DNA of 64,000 nt from Elusimicrobiota bacterium (GTDB lineage Bacteria > Elusimicrobiota > Elusimicrobia > FEN-1173): assembly GCA_016714745.1 (NCBI GenBank), contig JADKCG010000011.1, forward strand, positions 41,690-105,689, in the 5' to 3' direction. The notes below the pieces were generated by a model. That model saw only the letters and a program-made list of their open reading frames with translations. It had not been told where the DNA came from and did no database searches. Within the stretch, counting starts at the first letter, position 1; every line of letters begins with the position of its first letter. This document shows positions 30,470-38,771 of this stretch, piece after piece. A program made the translations under genes and the position numbers.

Positions 30470-30574
30470 CCTGAAAATTCCAGTTGACTGAGCATTTCCG
30501 TCCGGGAGGGTAGGAAAATTCTGTTCCGGACCCTGTCGACGGTATCCCTGTGCCAACCGGGGAATCCCGGCTAA
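30467..30574 (+). repeat. About 105-nt imperfect-palindrome intergenic repeat, copy 3
   Basis: taacctgaaaattccagttgactgagcatttccgtccgggagggtaggaaaattctgttccggaccctgtcgacggtatccctgtgccaaccggggaatcccggctaa. Confidence 0.9.
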
Positions 30575-30632
30575 CCCCAATCACAGCGATTCGATTTTCA
30601 ATAGGCCGCGGCGTGAGACAAAAAATTCCCGG

Positions 30633-31704
30633 TTATGGTTTTCGGCGTGGTTTGGGGGGCTCTTTTTTTCCCATCAGAGCGAGTATTTCTCGGAACTCGC
30701 TGACGGCTTCATCCAAGTCGTCTTTGGCGGGTGGGGAAGGAGGAGGGAGATCGGGAAGAGCTTGGGCTGGGACAGTGGAGGCAGAGGTGGAGGGCATCTG
30801 GGGGATCGCCCATTCGTGGAGCGCTGTCTCTGGTGCCGGCGGCGGAGAGGGGGGGACGATGGGCGGCGGGATCACAGACCGCAGAGCCGCGGGGGAGAGA
30901 ACAGGCGGAGTCTCAGGCGCGGGGATTTTGGGCGCGGGAACCGGGGGAACGGGAACCGCGGGAAGTTTCGGAGGGGCCTTTGGTTCGGGGAGCGGGGGGG
31001 GGTAGGCTTTGGGACGCGTCAGCTGAATCGCCATTTCGCCGATGCTTTGGGCCAATTCTGTCAACTCGTTTTTTCCTGAAAAAGCCGTCATGGCCAATCC
31101 TTTTTCCCCTCGCGCCACACGGTCCGCCCAAGCCCGCATGTTTTGAATGGGGCGAATCACCGCATGGGCCAGAGCCCATAGAAACGCTAAACCGAAGAAC
31201 ACCACCAACCCCAACCCCCCCATCAGTCCCAAATGGTTGCGTTGGAGTTCCCGAACCACTGTATTTTCAGATTGTACCTTGGCGTTTTGAACGCGGCGTT
31301 TGATGCCGTCAAATTTAATGAGCGCACCTCGGCTGTTCGGCGAAAATTCTTTTTCCACCAGGGCCATGGCTTGGACCCGTTTCCCCGGATTTCGTCCCCG
31401 TGGGCTTCCCCTTTTTAACCGCGCCCGCCCACTCCTCGAGCCGTTGCCGCGCTTGAGCGGAGACCTGCACGAGCTGAAGCCGCTCCGACTCATCTCCCAA
31501 AAGAACATAGCTCTCCAACAAACGCACTTGACGCACAAAAAAATACTCGATGTCCGTGACCGCGGCAAATGTTTTCATGGCTCGGCGGCCGTTCAGGAAC
31601 GCCATTTCTTCACGCCGGACATTGATGAAACACCAAGCCATCACAACGCCCGACGACACAGCAAACAGCAAAGAAAACAAAATCACTTTCGATCGGATTC
31701 TCAC
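30633..31704 (-). CDS. Membrane protein with HAMP domain and proline-rich C-terminal tail, frame interrupted once
   Basis: A GTG start at 31704 overlaps the upstream stop. TM1 is RSKVILFSLLFAVSSGVVMAW. ..RQRLEEWAGAVKKG joins SPRGRNPGKRVQAMAL... at the C/T runs 31408-31416. TM2 plus a HAMP-like segment follows (AHAVIRPIQNMRAWADRVARGE...ELTELAQSIGEMAIQL), then a PPPLPEPKAPPKLPAVPVPPVPAP tail. Confidence 0.6.
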
Positions 31705-33353
31705 GGCCGTCCCCCTCCGGATTCTTTTTTAAGTTTGGCGATCTCGTTGTAGACGTCAGAGAGGGTGATCCCCGTGGGACCATATTTCTTTAAGATCCGT
31801 TCCAAGAGCGAAAGCCGTTCGGCCTTGTCGGCCCCTTGAGCAACGGTCTTTTTATAAAAATCCATGGTGATGCGATAATCTGTGGTCACCTGGGCCAGCT
31901 CGGAGTTCACCCGTTCCAATTCCTGAACCGCTGAAGTCACGTCGACCCCTTTGTTGTTGTATTTCTCCAGAGTGGATTTCAGAAGGACCGACCGTTCCTC
32001 CAAACCCGCGCCGCGGGAAACGCGCGTGTTGTAGGCGCGCATGGCGGAATCGAAAGCGGTCGTGTATTCTTGGCGGGCTTTTTGCCGGGACAAACGTTCC
32101 CGTTCCTCGGACGTCAAACGCCGGTTGGGAACGACGACGCTGGTCACATTTGTTTTTTTCGCTTCTTCGAGGTCGGCTTTCAGCCGCTCCAGCTCCGCGG
32201 CGTAATCGCCCAACAGCTTGTTCCGCTCTTCTTTCACAAAAGCGGCTTCTGACTCCACCGCTCTCATCGCGGCTTCCGCGCGCGCCGTCGCCTCACGTTC
32301 CCGCTGAAGTTCTTCAGCCAGATCATCCTCGGATATGGCGTGGCCAAATTTAAAGGACAAGGACACGTTCTGCTGATTGCCCATCCCGTCCGCCGCGCCC
32401 AGGGGAATGGTGAACACGTAATCCAACACAAGCCCGCTCACCTCATAGCCGCCCCCAAAATTCACTTGACGAAAATCCCGCCCCCGACCCCCGCCCCCCC
32501 GCGGAGAGAAAGCAGACCATACCGTTTGAATCCCCATTGTCGTTCTCCACCGAAATGAAGCCGGGTATCTGACTGGCTCTGTAAATAGGTCCGCTGACTG
32601 ACCTCCACGCTGATTTTGCTGTATGTTTTGTCAAATACCGCGCCGATTCGAGTGATCATGGGAAGTCGCAATGTTTGCGAGAGTCCCATGTCCGGCCGGT
32701 TGGCGTTCTCAAAAGACAGCCCCGCCCGAAATCGCGACGAGAGGGCGTAGAGACCGCCCAGATCCACACCCACAGCGGATTTACCGTGGCCGTTTTTAAA
32801 CACCGGATCCTCCGCAAACGTCCGGGCGCCGGGGTCGTTGCCCGAAAACCCATTTAAGGTATCGGCATTTTGACCGAAGGTGCGATCCAACTTTTAAGCC
32901 CACCCCTAAGGCCAGCCTGTCCGATAAAAAGGGACGGCCGTAGGCAAGGGTTATCGTCCGTTCTTTGAAGAGACTATCCACCCGGAACTCATGATATCCA
33001 ACGCCAAACCCGCCCCACCGTCCGTCCGCGGGAAGTGGGAGCGCCGCGCCAACGAACGTTTGCGCCGTTTTGCTCTGGTCCGAGAGGCCTGGGAACGGCC
33101 GCGCGTAGTAAGCCGTGACCTCGGAACGGTACAAGCTCGCCAACCCCGCTGGGTTGTAGTACAAACTATGGACATCGTCCGCCACCGCGGTAAAGGCTTC
33201 CCCCAAGGCCGCCGGCCGGGCACCAACGGGGAATTCGTCGAAAGCGAACAACGGACCCGAGAAGAGGAGAGCGGTGAAGGGCCACAAAAGAATCGTTTTC
33301 ATCCCCCCCCTGAGAGGACGACGAAACACCCTTTTCGCTCGAAGCAAGTTCAT
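31701..33353 (-). CDS. PorV/PorQ/UPF0164-like outer-membrane beta-barrel fused to a long C-terminal coiled coil, frame interrupted twice
   Basis: A signal peptide is followed by EFPVGARPAALGEAFTAVADDVHSLYYNPAGLASL, the motif typical of PorV-type barrels. Three ORF pieces (32796-33353, 32462-32890, 31701-32537) join at the T run at about 32888-32896 and in the G/C-rich 32477-32500. The C-terminal roughly 200 aa are heptad-like (AEELQREREATARAEAAMRAVESEAAF...). Confidence 0.55.
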
Positions 33354-33745
33354 CGGGCCACCACCACAACACCGCTTAAGACAGAACCTTCACCGTCGAT
33401 TTTGTAAACGTAGGGGCCGGACGGGACCCTGTTGCCGTTCTCGTCGCGACCGTCCCAAACAAAGCTGTCGGGTGTGGGGATATTGTCAGACACGGCAACG
33501 AGCGACGCCACGTGGGACCCAGACATATCAATAATAACACCAGAGACTTGGGCCAAACGGGGGTTATCCACCTTAAAATAAACCACATCATTGATTCCGT
33601 CGCCATTGGGGGAGAAGATGCGGGGAAAGACATCCGTGTCCGGGTTAAGGGACAAACAAATCCCCACCGCGGGCGCGGCGAGGATCGTCAAAATAATCCC
33701 TAAAAATAACATCATACGTGTGTCGATCATTGTTGTCAGTCTCAT
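33350..33745 (-). CDS. Small secreted/membrane-anchored protein consisting of a FlgD-Ig/CHU_C-like module
   Basis: A TM/signal segment (MMLFLGIILTILAAPAVG) is followed by FPRIFSPNGDGINDVVYFKVDNP...FVWDGRDENGNRVPSGPYVYKIDGEGSVLSGVVVVAR. The same module ends the upstream 535-aa protein. Confidence 0.6.
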   Translation of the reverse strand: MRLTTMIDTRMMLFLGIILTILAAPAVGICLSLNPDTDVFPRIFSPNGDGINDVVYFKVDNPRLAQVSGVIIDMSGSHVASLVAVSDNIPTPDSFVWDGRDENGNRVPSGPYVYKIDGEGSVLSGVVVVAR

Positions 33746-33752
33746 AAATGAA

Positions 33753-35360
33753 TCAGCGGGCGATAACCATCGTCCCTGTGATGGTTTTTCCCTCCCCCTT
33801 GATCTGATATATGTATACACCCGGAGGCACGCTCTGTCCAGAGGAATCTCGGCCGTCCCATGTCAGGGTATCCTCCGTGGGCGCGCCTGAGCCAGCGGGG
33901 CGGAGAACGCCCACTTCGGCCCCTCCCATATCGATGATTCGTCCGCTCACAGAAGACTGTTTCGGGTTTTGAATCACGAAATAGATCAGATCGTTAATTC
34001 CGTCCCCGTTCGGCGAGAAGATCTGAGGGAAGACCGCGGCCTTATCCAGCGTCAGTTCTGTCGCCACATCAAATTGACGAATTTGGTAGACCCCTTGAAC
34101 CGCCGTATTAAACGATACCGTCAGGTCTCCCGCGCCCACCCCCCTCTCTTCAACATTCGCTTGCGCCACTTTGACCCATGTGGCGCCGTTCCACCACAAG
34201 ACCCCCATCTTATTTTTATCCAAGCCGCCGTTTCCACCTTGATAATTGAGGACCACCGTCATTTGAGGACGGGACAGGACCATCTCTTTCGGCGCGGGAA
34301 CACCGTTGGGTTCGCGCAAACAAAGCGTGTAAGTGGCTCGGGTCCGGCTCCCCCCCGCGTTGGCCAGTGACGAAGTCTCCGGCTCCACACAGAGAAGGAA
34401 ATTCTTTTGGCTGGTCTTAAGTTCCGGGATCAGCCCTTCCGGCACAAAGGCCCGGCTGTACGTCCCGTTTTGGGCAGTGCCGGTTTGTCCCAGGAACCGC
34501 TGAGGCGTGACGTGAAGGAAATTGGAACGCGCGATCGCGGACGTTCGTCCGGTTGTATCAACGGCAACAATGAGGAAATAGGTATCGGCCGCTGGGGTCG
34601 GAATGTCCACAGAGAGTGGGCCAGCCATGGGAACCGATGCGAAGACCGTGCTGGACGCCGCGAAATCGAATAAGCTCGGAGAACGATACACCTCGTATGA
34701 AGCCAAATCCATGATGGGCGTGCCGTCCTCATTTTGAGTGACGGCCGGCCAGGTAATGGTGTAGCCAGGGGTTGTGCGGGTGACCACAAACCCAGCGACG
34801 GGAGCCGGAGGCTTGGTATCGCCCAGGCTCTTCGTATAAACAAAAGCTTGTAGGACCGGAGTGGCCGCCTTTGTATCAATCGGCGACGAATTTCCTTTAA
34901 GATCAACGCTCTCGAGCGCAAACCAATAGGAAGTGCCGGGAGTTAAGTTGGCCTGCATGGTTTCAGCGTTTCCAGGATCCGCCGGAATTGACGGTGGGGA
35001 TCCCGCCGTCAACGCTTTGTTCCACCAGGTCGTTGTGCTCCCACCGCCCGCCATTTCGCTGGAGATGGAGAAGGTGGCGTATTTCACGGTATAAGAGTTG
35101 ACCGGGGCGGTTGTTGTGAACAACCACCCGTTATCTTCAGGCGCTGTCCATGTGAGAATAACTTCACCAGGCACGATCGTGGCCAGCGCGGCCAAATCGA
35201 GCACAGCGTCAGGCGCGAAGGTGTCGTTGATGTTGATGGTGAGGTTGAGGTCTTCCGTGAGCGCGGCCCTCCCAGGCACCGCCCCCAAAGACAAAAGGAC
35301 TCCGAGGGTCGCCCACAGCGACCCACGCAGGACTTTCATCAAAGCCTCGTTCCTCTTCAC
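33753..35360 (-). CDS. Secreted multi-domain protein (Fn3-like repeats) with C-terminal FlgD-Ig/CHU_C-like module
   Basis: Signal peptide. Fn3-like segments (LTWTAPEDNGW...YTVKYA; YTITWPAVTQNEDGTPIMDLASYEVYRS). The C-terminus reads FPQIFSPNGDGINDLIYFVIQNP...LTWDGRDSSGQSVPPGVYIYQIKGEGKTITGTMVIAR. Confidence 0.6.
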   Translation of the reverse strand: MKRNEALMKVLRGSLWATLGVLLSLGAVPGRAALTEDLNLTININDTFAPDAVLDLAALATIVPGEVILTWTAPEDNGWLFTTTAPVNSYTVKYATFSISSEMAGGGSTTTWWNKALTAGSPPSIPADPGNAETMQANLTPGTSYWFALESVDLKGNSSPIDTKAATPVLQAFVYTKSLGDTKPPAPVAGFVVTRTTPGYTITWPAVTQNEDGTPIMDLASYEVYRSPSLFDFAASSTVFASVPMAGPLSVDIPTPAADTYFLIVAVDTTGRTSAIARSNFLHVTPQRFLGQTGTAQNGTYSRAFVPEGLIPELKTSQKNFLLCVEPETSSLANAGGSRTRATYTLCLREPNGVPAPKEMVLSRPQMTVVLNYQGGNGGLDKNKMGVLWWNGATWVKVAQANVEERGVGAGDLTVSFNTAVQGVYQIRQFDVATELTLDKAAVFPQIFSPNGDGINDLIYFVIQNPKQSSVSGRIIDMGGAEVGVLRPAGSGAPTEDTLTWDGRDSSGQSVPPGVYIYQIKGEGKTITGTMVIAR

Positions 35361-35384
35361 GGCACTCTTAACCTCCTCTCAATA

Positions 35385-36296
35385 TTACTCGGTGGTCACG
35401 AAGACCCTTGAAAATATGCTCAGGGGGAAGTCATATCCGTCCATCTCCGCTTGAATGAGGAAAAGGAATTTCTTTCCTTTGTTCTCCGGAATGTCCGGGA
35501 TTGTCAACGTCAGGTCTGTCCCCTTGATCTGATCCGGTTTAATTTTCATGCGAGGCGATGTGATGTTCAACCACGCCGGATCCGGGACATCCCATCCTGT
35601 TTCTTTCTGGGTGTTGTCGGTGCGAACGCTGGTCAACTTCAGCTTAACGGGATCGTTGCCTCGGTTTGTCACCTTTAAGAGAATATTTTTCATTCCCTTT
35701 AACGTAACAGGTTTCCCGAGCGGAACATTCTCCAACCGGTTGACCGTCGGTGTCAGGGCCAGGTCCAAAGCGCCCAGAACCATGCGTTTCTTCTCTTTTT
35801 TGGCCGAGGAGGGACCCATCGCTCCAACGGTGAACCGAATGAAGCTGTTGATGGCCACGGCGATTTCTTCCGGTCCCTCGGATCCCGCATGAATGTTCAC
35901 CTGGAAGTGGCGTCCGATCAGTTTCGGATCATTGGGCACCGAGAGAATCACTTCCGCGCTGGCCAGATCACCGGCGCCCAACTTGAAACGGTTCGGAATA
36001 ATTTTCAACCATTCCGGATTGGGGATCGGCTCGAAATCCAATTTTGCTCCCGCAGGGCCGGGAACAGGGATTTCGGGAACCACGCTCACTTCGATGGGGT
36101 AATCCGAGCCGTTAATGAGCACATAGGGCACGCCCCGAATCTGACGGATATTGATGTCAGACCCCGGCTGAACGTTTTCCATCTCAATCTCAGGAAACCG
36201 AACGGCCAGGGACAACTTTCCCCATGCGGTCGATCCCAAAAGAAAGAAGACGCCCAGAACCCATCCACACTGAATTCGTCCTAATTTATTGCCCAT
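35385..36296 (-). CDS. Secreted protein with an internal two-fold duplication (hypothetical)
   Basis: Signal peptide (WVLGVFFLLGSTAWG). The two halves share a pattern: IPNPEWLKIIPNRFKLGAGD..VILSVPNDPKLIGRHFQVNIHA versus VPDPAWLNITSPRMKIKPDQ..LTLTIPDIPENKGKKFLFLIQA. Confidence 0.5.
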   Translation of the reverse strand: MGNKLGRIQCGWVLGVFFLLGSTAWGKLSLAVRFPEIEMENVQPGSDINIRQIRGVPYVLINGSDYPIEVSVVPEIPVPGPAGAKLDFEPIPNPEWLKIIPNRFKLGAGDLASAEVILSVPNDPKLIGRHFQVNIHAGSEGPEEIAVAINSFIRFTVGAMGPSSAKKEKKRMVLGALDLALTPTVNRLENVPLGKPVTLKGMKNILLKVTNRGNDPVKLKLTSVRTDNTQKETGWDVPDPAWLNITSPRMKIKPDQIKGTDLTLTIPDIPENKGKKFLFLIQAEMDGYDFPLSIFSRVFVTTE

Positions 36297-36449
36297 GCGA
36301 TTTCTCCTTCATCTCGTCGTTGTCATTTCGCATTCGAGACGCTCTTCTCGGTTCGCTCAGAAAGACAACCGCCAGGTCAGACGCTTCAACGTCCTCTCTA
36401 AAACGGCGTTCTTGCAAAACCGAAACGCGATCCCTTCTGCGAGAGAGTC

Positions 36450-36989
36450 TTAGTTGGCCGATACCTCCACGGTAAACGACCGCAGGGTCATGATGGTCGA
36501 CGAGGTCGGCATGTCGATCTTAAACCACAGACCGCGGGTCGTCGTCGCGTTGAACACAGAACCGTCTTGGTCGCCGGAATACACAGCGCCAACGCCCGTG
36601 GCCAACACCGCCGACCCTTGCGTCACCACATCGTCGTTCGCGAGGAAGTTGCCCGCCGCCGGCGCCACCGAGTTAAACAACGCCCGCAGGTTATAGCGGT
36701 CCGCTCCGACCGTCGAACTCGACGTCCACACGCCGTCCGCCGTCTTGATCCGCAGTCCCAACGTTTCGGGAACTGTCCCGTTGTTGGTCACGGTCACTGA
36801 CGAACTCACGTTGTCAACGGACCCCAAGGTGAGCGTGCCGAGGGCCAACGTTCCCGTCGACAAGGTCAAGCTCTTCGATCCGTTCGGCGTCACGGTGAGG
36901 ATCAAGTCCGCCGTCGTTGCCGCTTTCACTCCTGAACCAAACAGCATGAGGCTTCCCAAAACAAGAAGCCCGGTGAGTGTTTTTTTCAT
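36450..36989 (-). CDS. Secreted 179-aa putative surface/fibre subunit, tandem copy A
   Basis: MKKTLTGLLVLGSLMLFGSGVKA/ATTADLILTVTPNGSKSLTLSTGTLALGTLTLGS...TVTNNGTVPETLGLRIKTADGVW...LWFKIDMPTSSTIMTLRSFTVEVSAN. RBS is GGAGACACACA. The 201-aa ORF-track version includes a non-genuine upstream extension. Confidence 0.7.
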   Translation of the reverse strand: MKKTLTGLLVLGSLMLFGSGVKAATTADLILTVTPNGSKSLTLSTGTLALGTLTLGSVDNVSSSVTVTNNGTVPETLGLRIKTADGVWTSSSTVGADRYNLRALFNSVAPAAGNFLANDDVVTQGSAVLATGVGAVYSGDQDGSVFNATTTRGLWFKIDMPTSSTIMTLRSFTVEVSAN

Positions 36990-37066
36990 TGTGTGTCTCC
37001 TTAGTTGGCTGCTACGTCCACGGTAAACGACCGCAGGGATGAGTATTCTTTTCATTGTCTGTCTCC

Positions 37067-37606
37067 TTAGTTGGCTGATACTTCCACGGTAAACGACCGC
37101 AGGGTCATGATGGTCGACGAGGTCGGCATGTCGATCTTAAACCACAGACCGCGGGTCGTCGTCGCGTTGAACACAGAACCGTCTTGGTCGCCGGAATACA
37201 CAGCGCCAACGCCCGTGGCCAACACCGCCGACCCTTGCGTCACCACATCGTCGTTCGCGAGGAAGTTGCCCGCCGCCGGCGCCACCGAGTTAAACAACGC
37301 CCGCAGGTTATAGCGGTCCGCTCCGACCGTCGAACTCGACGTCCACACGCCGTCCGCCGTCTTGATCCGCAGTCCCAACGTTTCGGGAACTGTCCCGTTG
37401 TTGGTCACGGTCACTGACGAACTGACGTTGTTAACGGACCCCAAGGTGAGCGTGCCGAGGGCCAACGTCCCCGTCGACAAGGTCAAGCTCTTCGTTCCGT
37501 TCGGCGTCACGGTGAGGATCAAGTCCGCCGTCGTTGCCGCTTTCACTCCTGAACCAAACAGCATGAGGCTTCCCAAAACAAGAAGCCCGGTGAGTGTTTT
37601 TTTCAT
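37067..37606 (-). CDS. Secreted 179-aa putative surface/fibre subunit, tandem copy B
   Basis: Differs from copy A by only a few residues (NGTKS for NGSKS, SVNNV for SVDNV) and is offset by exactly 617 nt. Confidence 0.7.
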   Translation of the reverse strand: MKKTLTGLLVLGSLMLFGSGVKAATTADLILTVTPNGTKSLTLSTGTLALGTLTLGSVNNVSSSVTVTNNGTVPETLGLRIKTADGVWTSSSTVGADRYNLRALFNSVAPAAGNFLANDDVVTQGSAVLATGVGAVYSGDQDGSVFNATTTRGLWFKIDMPTSSTIMTLRSFTVEVSAN

Positions 37607-37683
37607 TGTGTGTCTCCTTAGTTGGCTGATACTTCCACGGTAAACGACCGCAGGGATGAGTATTCTTTTCATTGTCTGTCTCC

Positions 37684-38224
37684 TTAGTTGGCTGATACTT
37701 CCACGGTAAACGACCGCAGGGTCATGATGGGCGACGAGGTCGGCATGTCGATCTTAAACCACAGACCGCGGGTCGTCGTCGCGTTGAACACAGAACCGTC
37801 TTGGTCGCCGGAATACACAGCGCCAACGCCCGTGGCCAACACCGCCGACCCTTGCGTCACCACATCGTCGTTCGCGAGGAAGTTGCCCGCCGCCGGCGCC
37901 ACCGAGTTAAACAACGCCCGCAGGTTATAGCGGTCCGCTCCGACCGTCGAACTCGACGTCCACACGCCGTCCGCCGTCTTGATCCGCAGTCCCAACGTTT
38001 CGGGGAACTGTCCCGTTGTTGGTCACGGTCACTGACGAACTGACGTTGTTAACGGACCCCAAGGTGAGCGTGCCGAGGGCCAACGTCCCCGTCGACAAGG
38101 TCAAGCTCTTCGTTCCGTTCGGCGTCACGGTGAGGATCAAGTCCGCCGTCGTCGCCGCTTTCACTCCTGAACCAAACAGCATGAGGCTTCCCAAAACGAG
38201 AAGCCCGGTGAGTATTTTTTTCAT
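37684..38224 (-). CDS. Secreted putative surface/fibre subunit, tandem copy C, with a 1-nt insertion (G4 versus G3 at 38002-38005)
   Basis: ORFs 37925-38224 and 37684-37995 together reproduce copies A and B. The span is 541 nt versus 540. Confidence 0.65.
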
Positions 38225-38298
38225 TGTGTTCCTCCTGTTGTTTATGATTTTGTGCCTTCAATTTCGGCCAACCCCTAAGGTTCCGATTGACCTTCTTC

Positions 38299-38327
38299 TA
38301 TATACCCCCAAAATACCCACTTTTCAA
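38299..38327 (-). promoter_or_regulatory. Sigma-70-type promoter for the tandem subunit operon
   Basis: The minus strand reads TTGAAA-N17-TATATA (plus-strand tatata 38299-38304, tttcaa 38322-38327). An A/T-rich tract lies upstream, and the site is about 70 nt 5' of ATG 38224. Confidence 0.5.
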
Positions 38328-38771
38328 GGCTTTTTTTATAAATTTAACAATCAATTTAAAGCTGTAAATATAGATCGATTATTGTTTTTAATAATACCCG
38401 ACATTGTCTCGGCCCTGTTTGGTTCCGGATTGTTTGAGAAATGGATATTGTTGGTATATTTTTGCCGCTATTGGTTTTGTGATTGGTTGTCCGTAACGGC
38501 GGTTCGAATGCTGGAGGGAGAAAAATTTTATGGATTTTATGGCACGGGATTGCGACCGCGCCAGCGGAAGTTCCGCAGGGGAGCGACCGGCCCGTGAGAG
38601 GAACGGGCGCTGTGAGAATCCCGTTTTTGTTTGGACCCGGACTTTGCAATAGGCGCCAGCACCGAGAGGAAGAAGCCGGTGACTGTTGCGACGAGAAACG
38701 CGAAAGCGGTGCGGTGTCTACGGCTGAGAAAAAGTCCCAGATTCTTCGTCTTGAAAAATCGGGGTGAAGCC

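Larger units (their letters stand above)
36440..38235 (-). repeat. Tandem array of three 617-bp units, each a full gene plus a roughly 77-bp mini-copy
   Basis: ORF coordinates repeat at +617 (36450/37067/37684). The spacer ATGAAAAGAATACTCATCC-CTGCGGTCGTTTACCGTGGA..GCCAACTAA reproduces the gene start fused to the gene end. Confidence 0.9.

Noticed and set aside
36440-38235. Possible CRISPR array, because of regular repeats
   Set aside because: The period is 617 bp, each unit is a protein-coding gene with a signal peptide and RBS, and there is no 25-40-nt repeat/spacer organisation.
38490-38512. tRNA-like T-loop sequence GGTTCGAAT
   Set aside because: The flanking bases cannot form a T-stem (GGCGG versus GCTGG). 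No acceptor or anticodon arms could be drawn.
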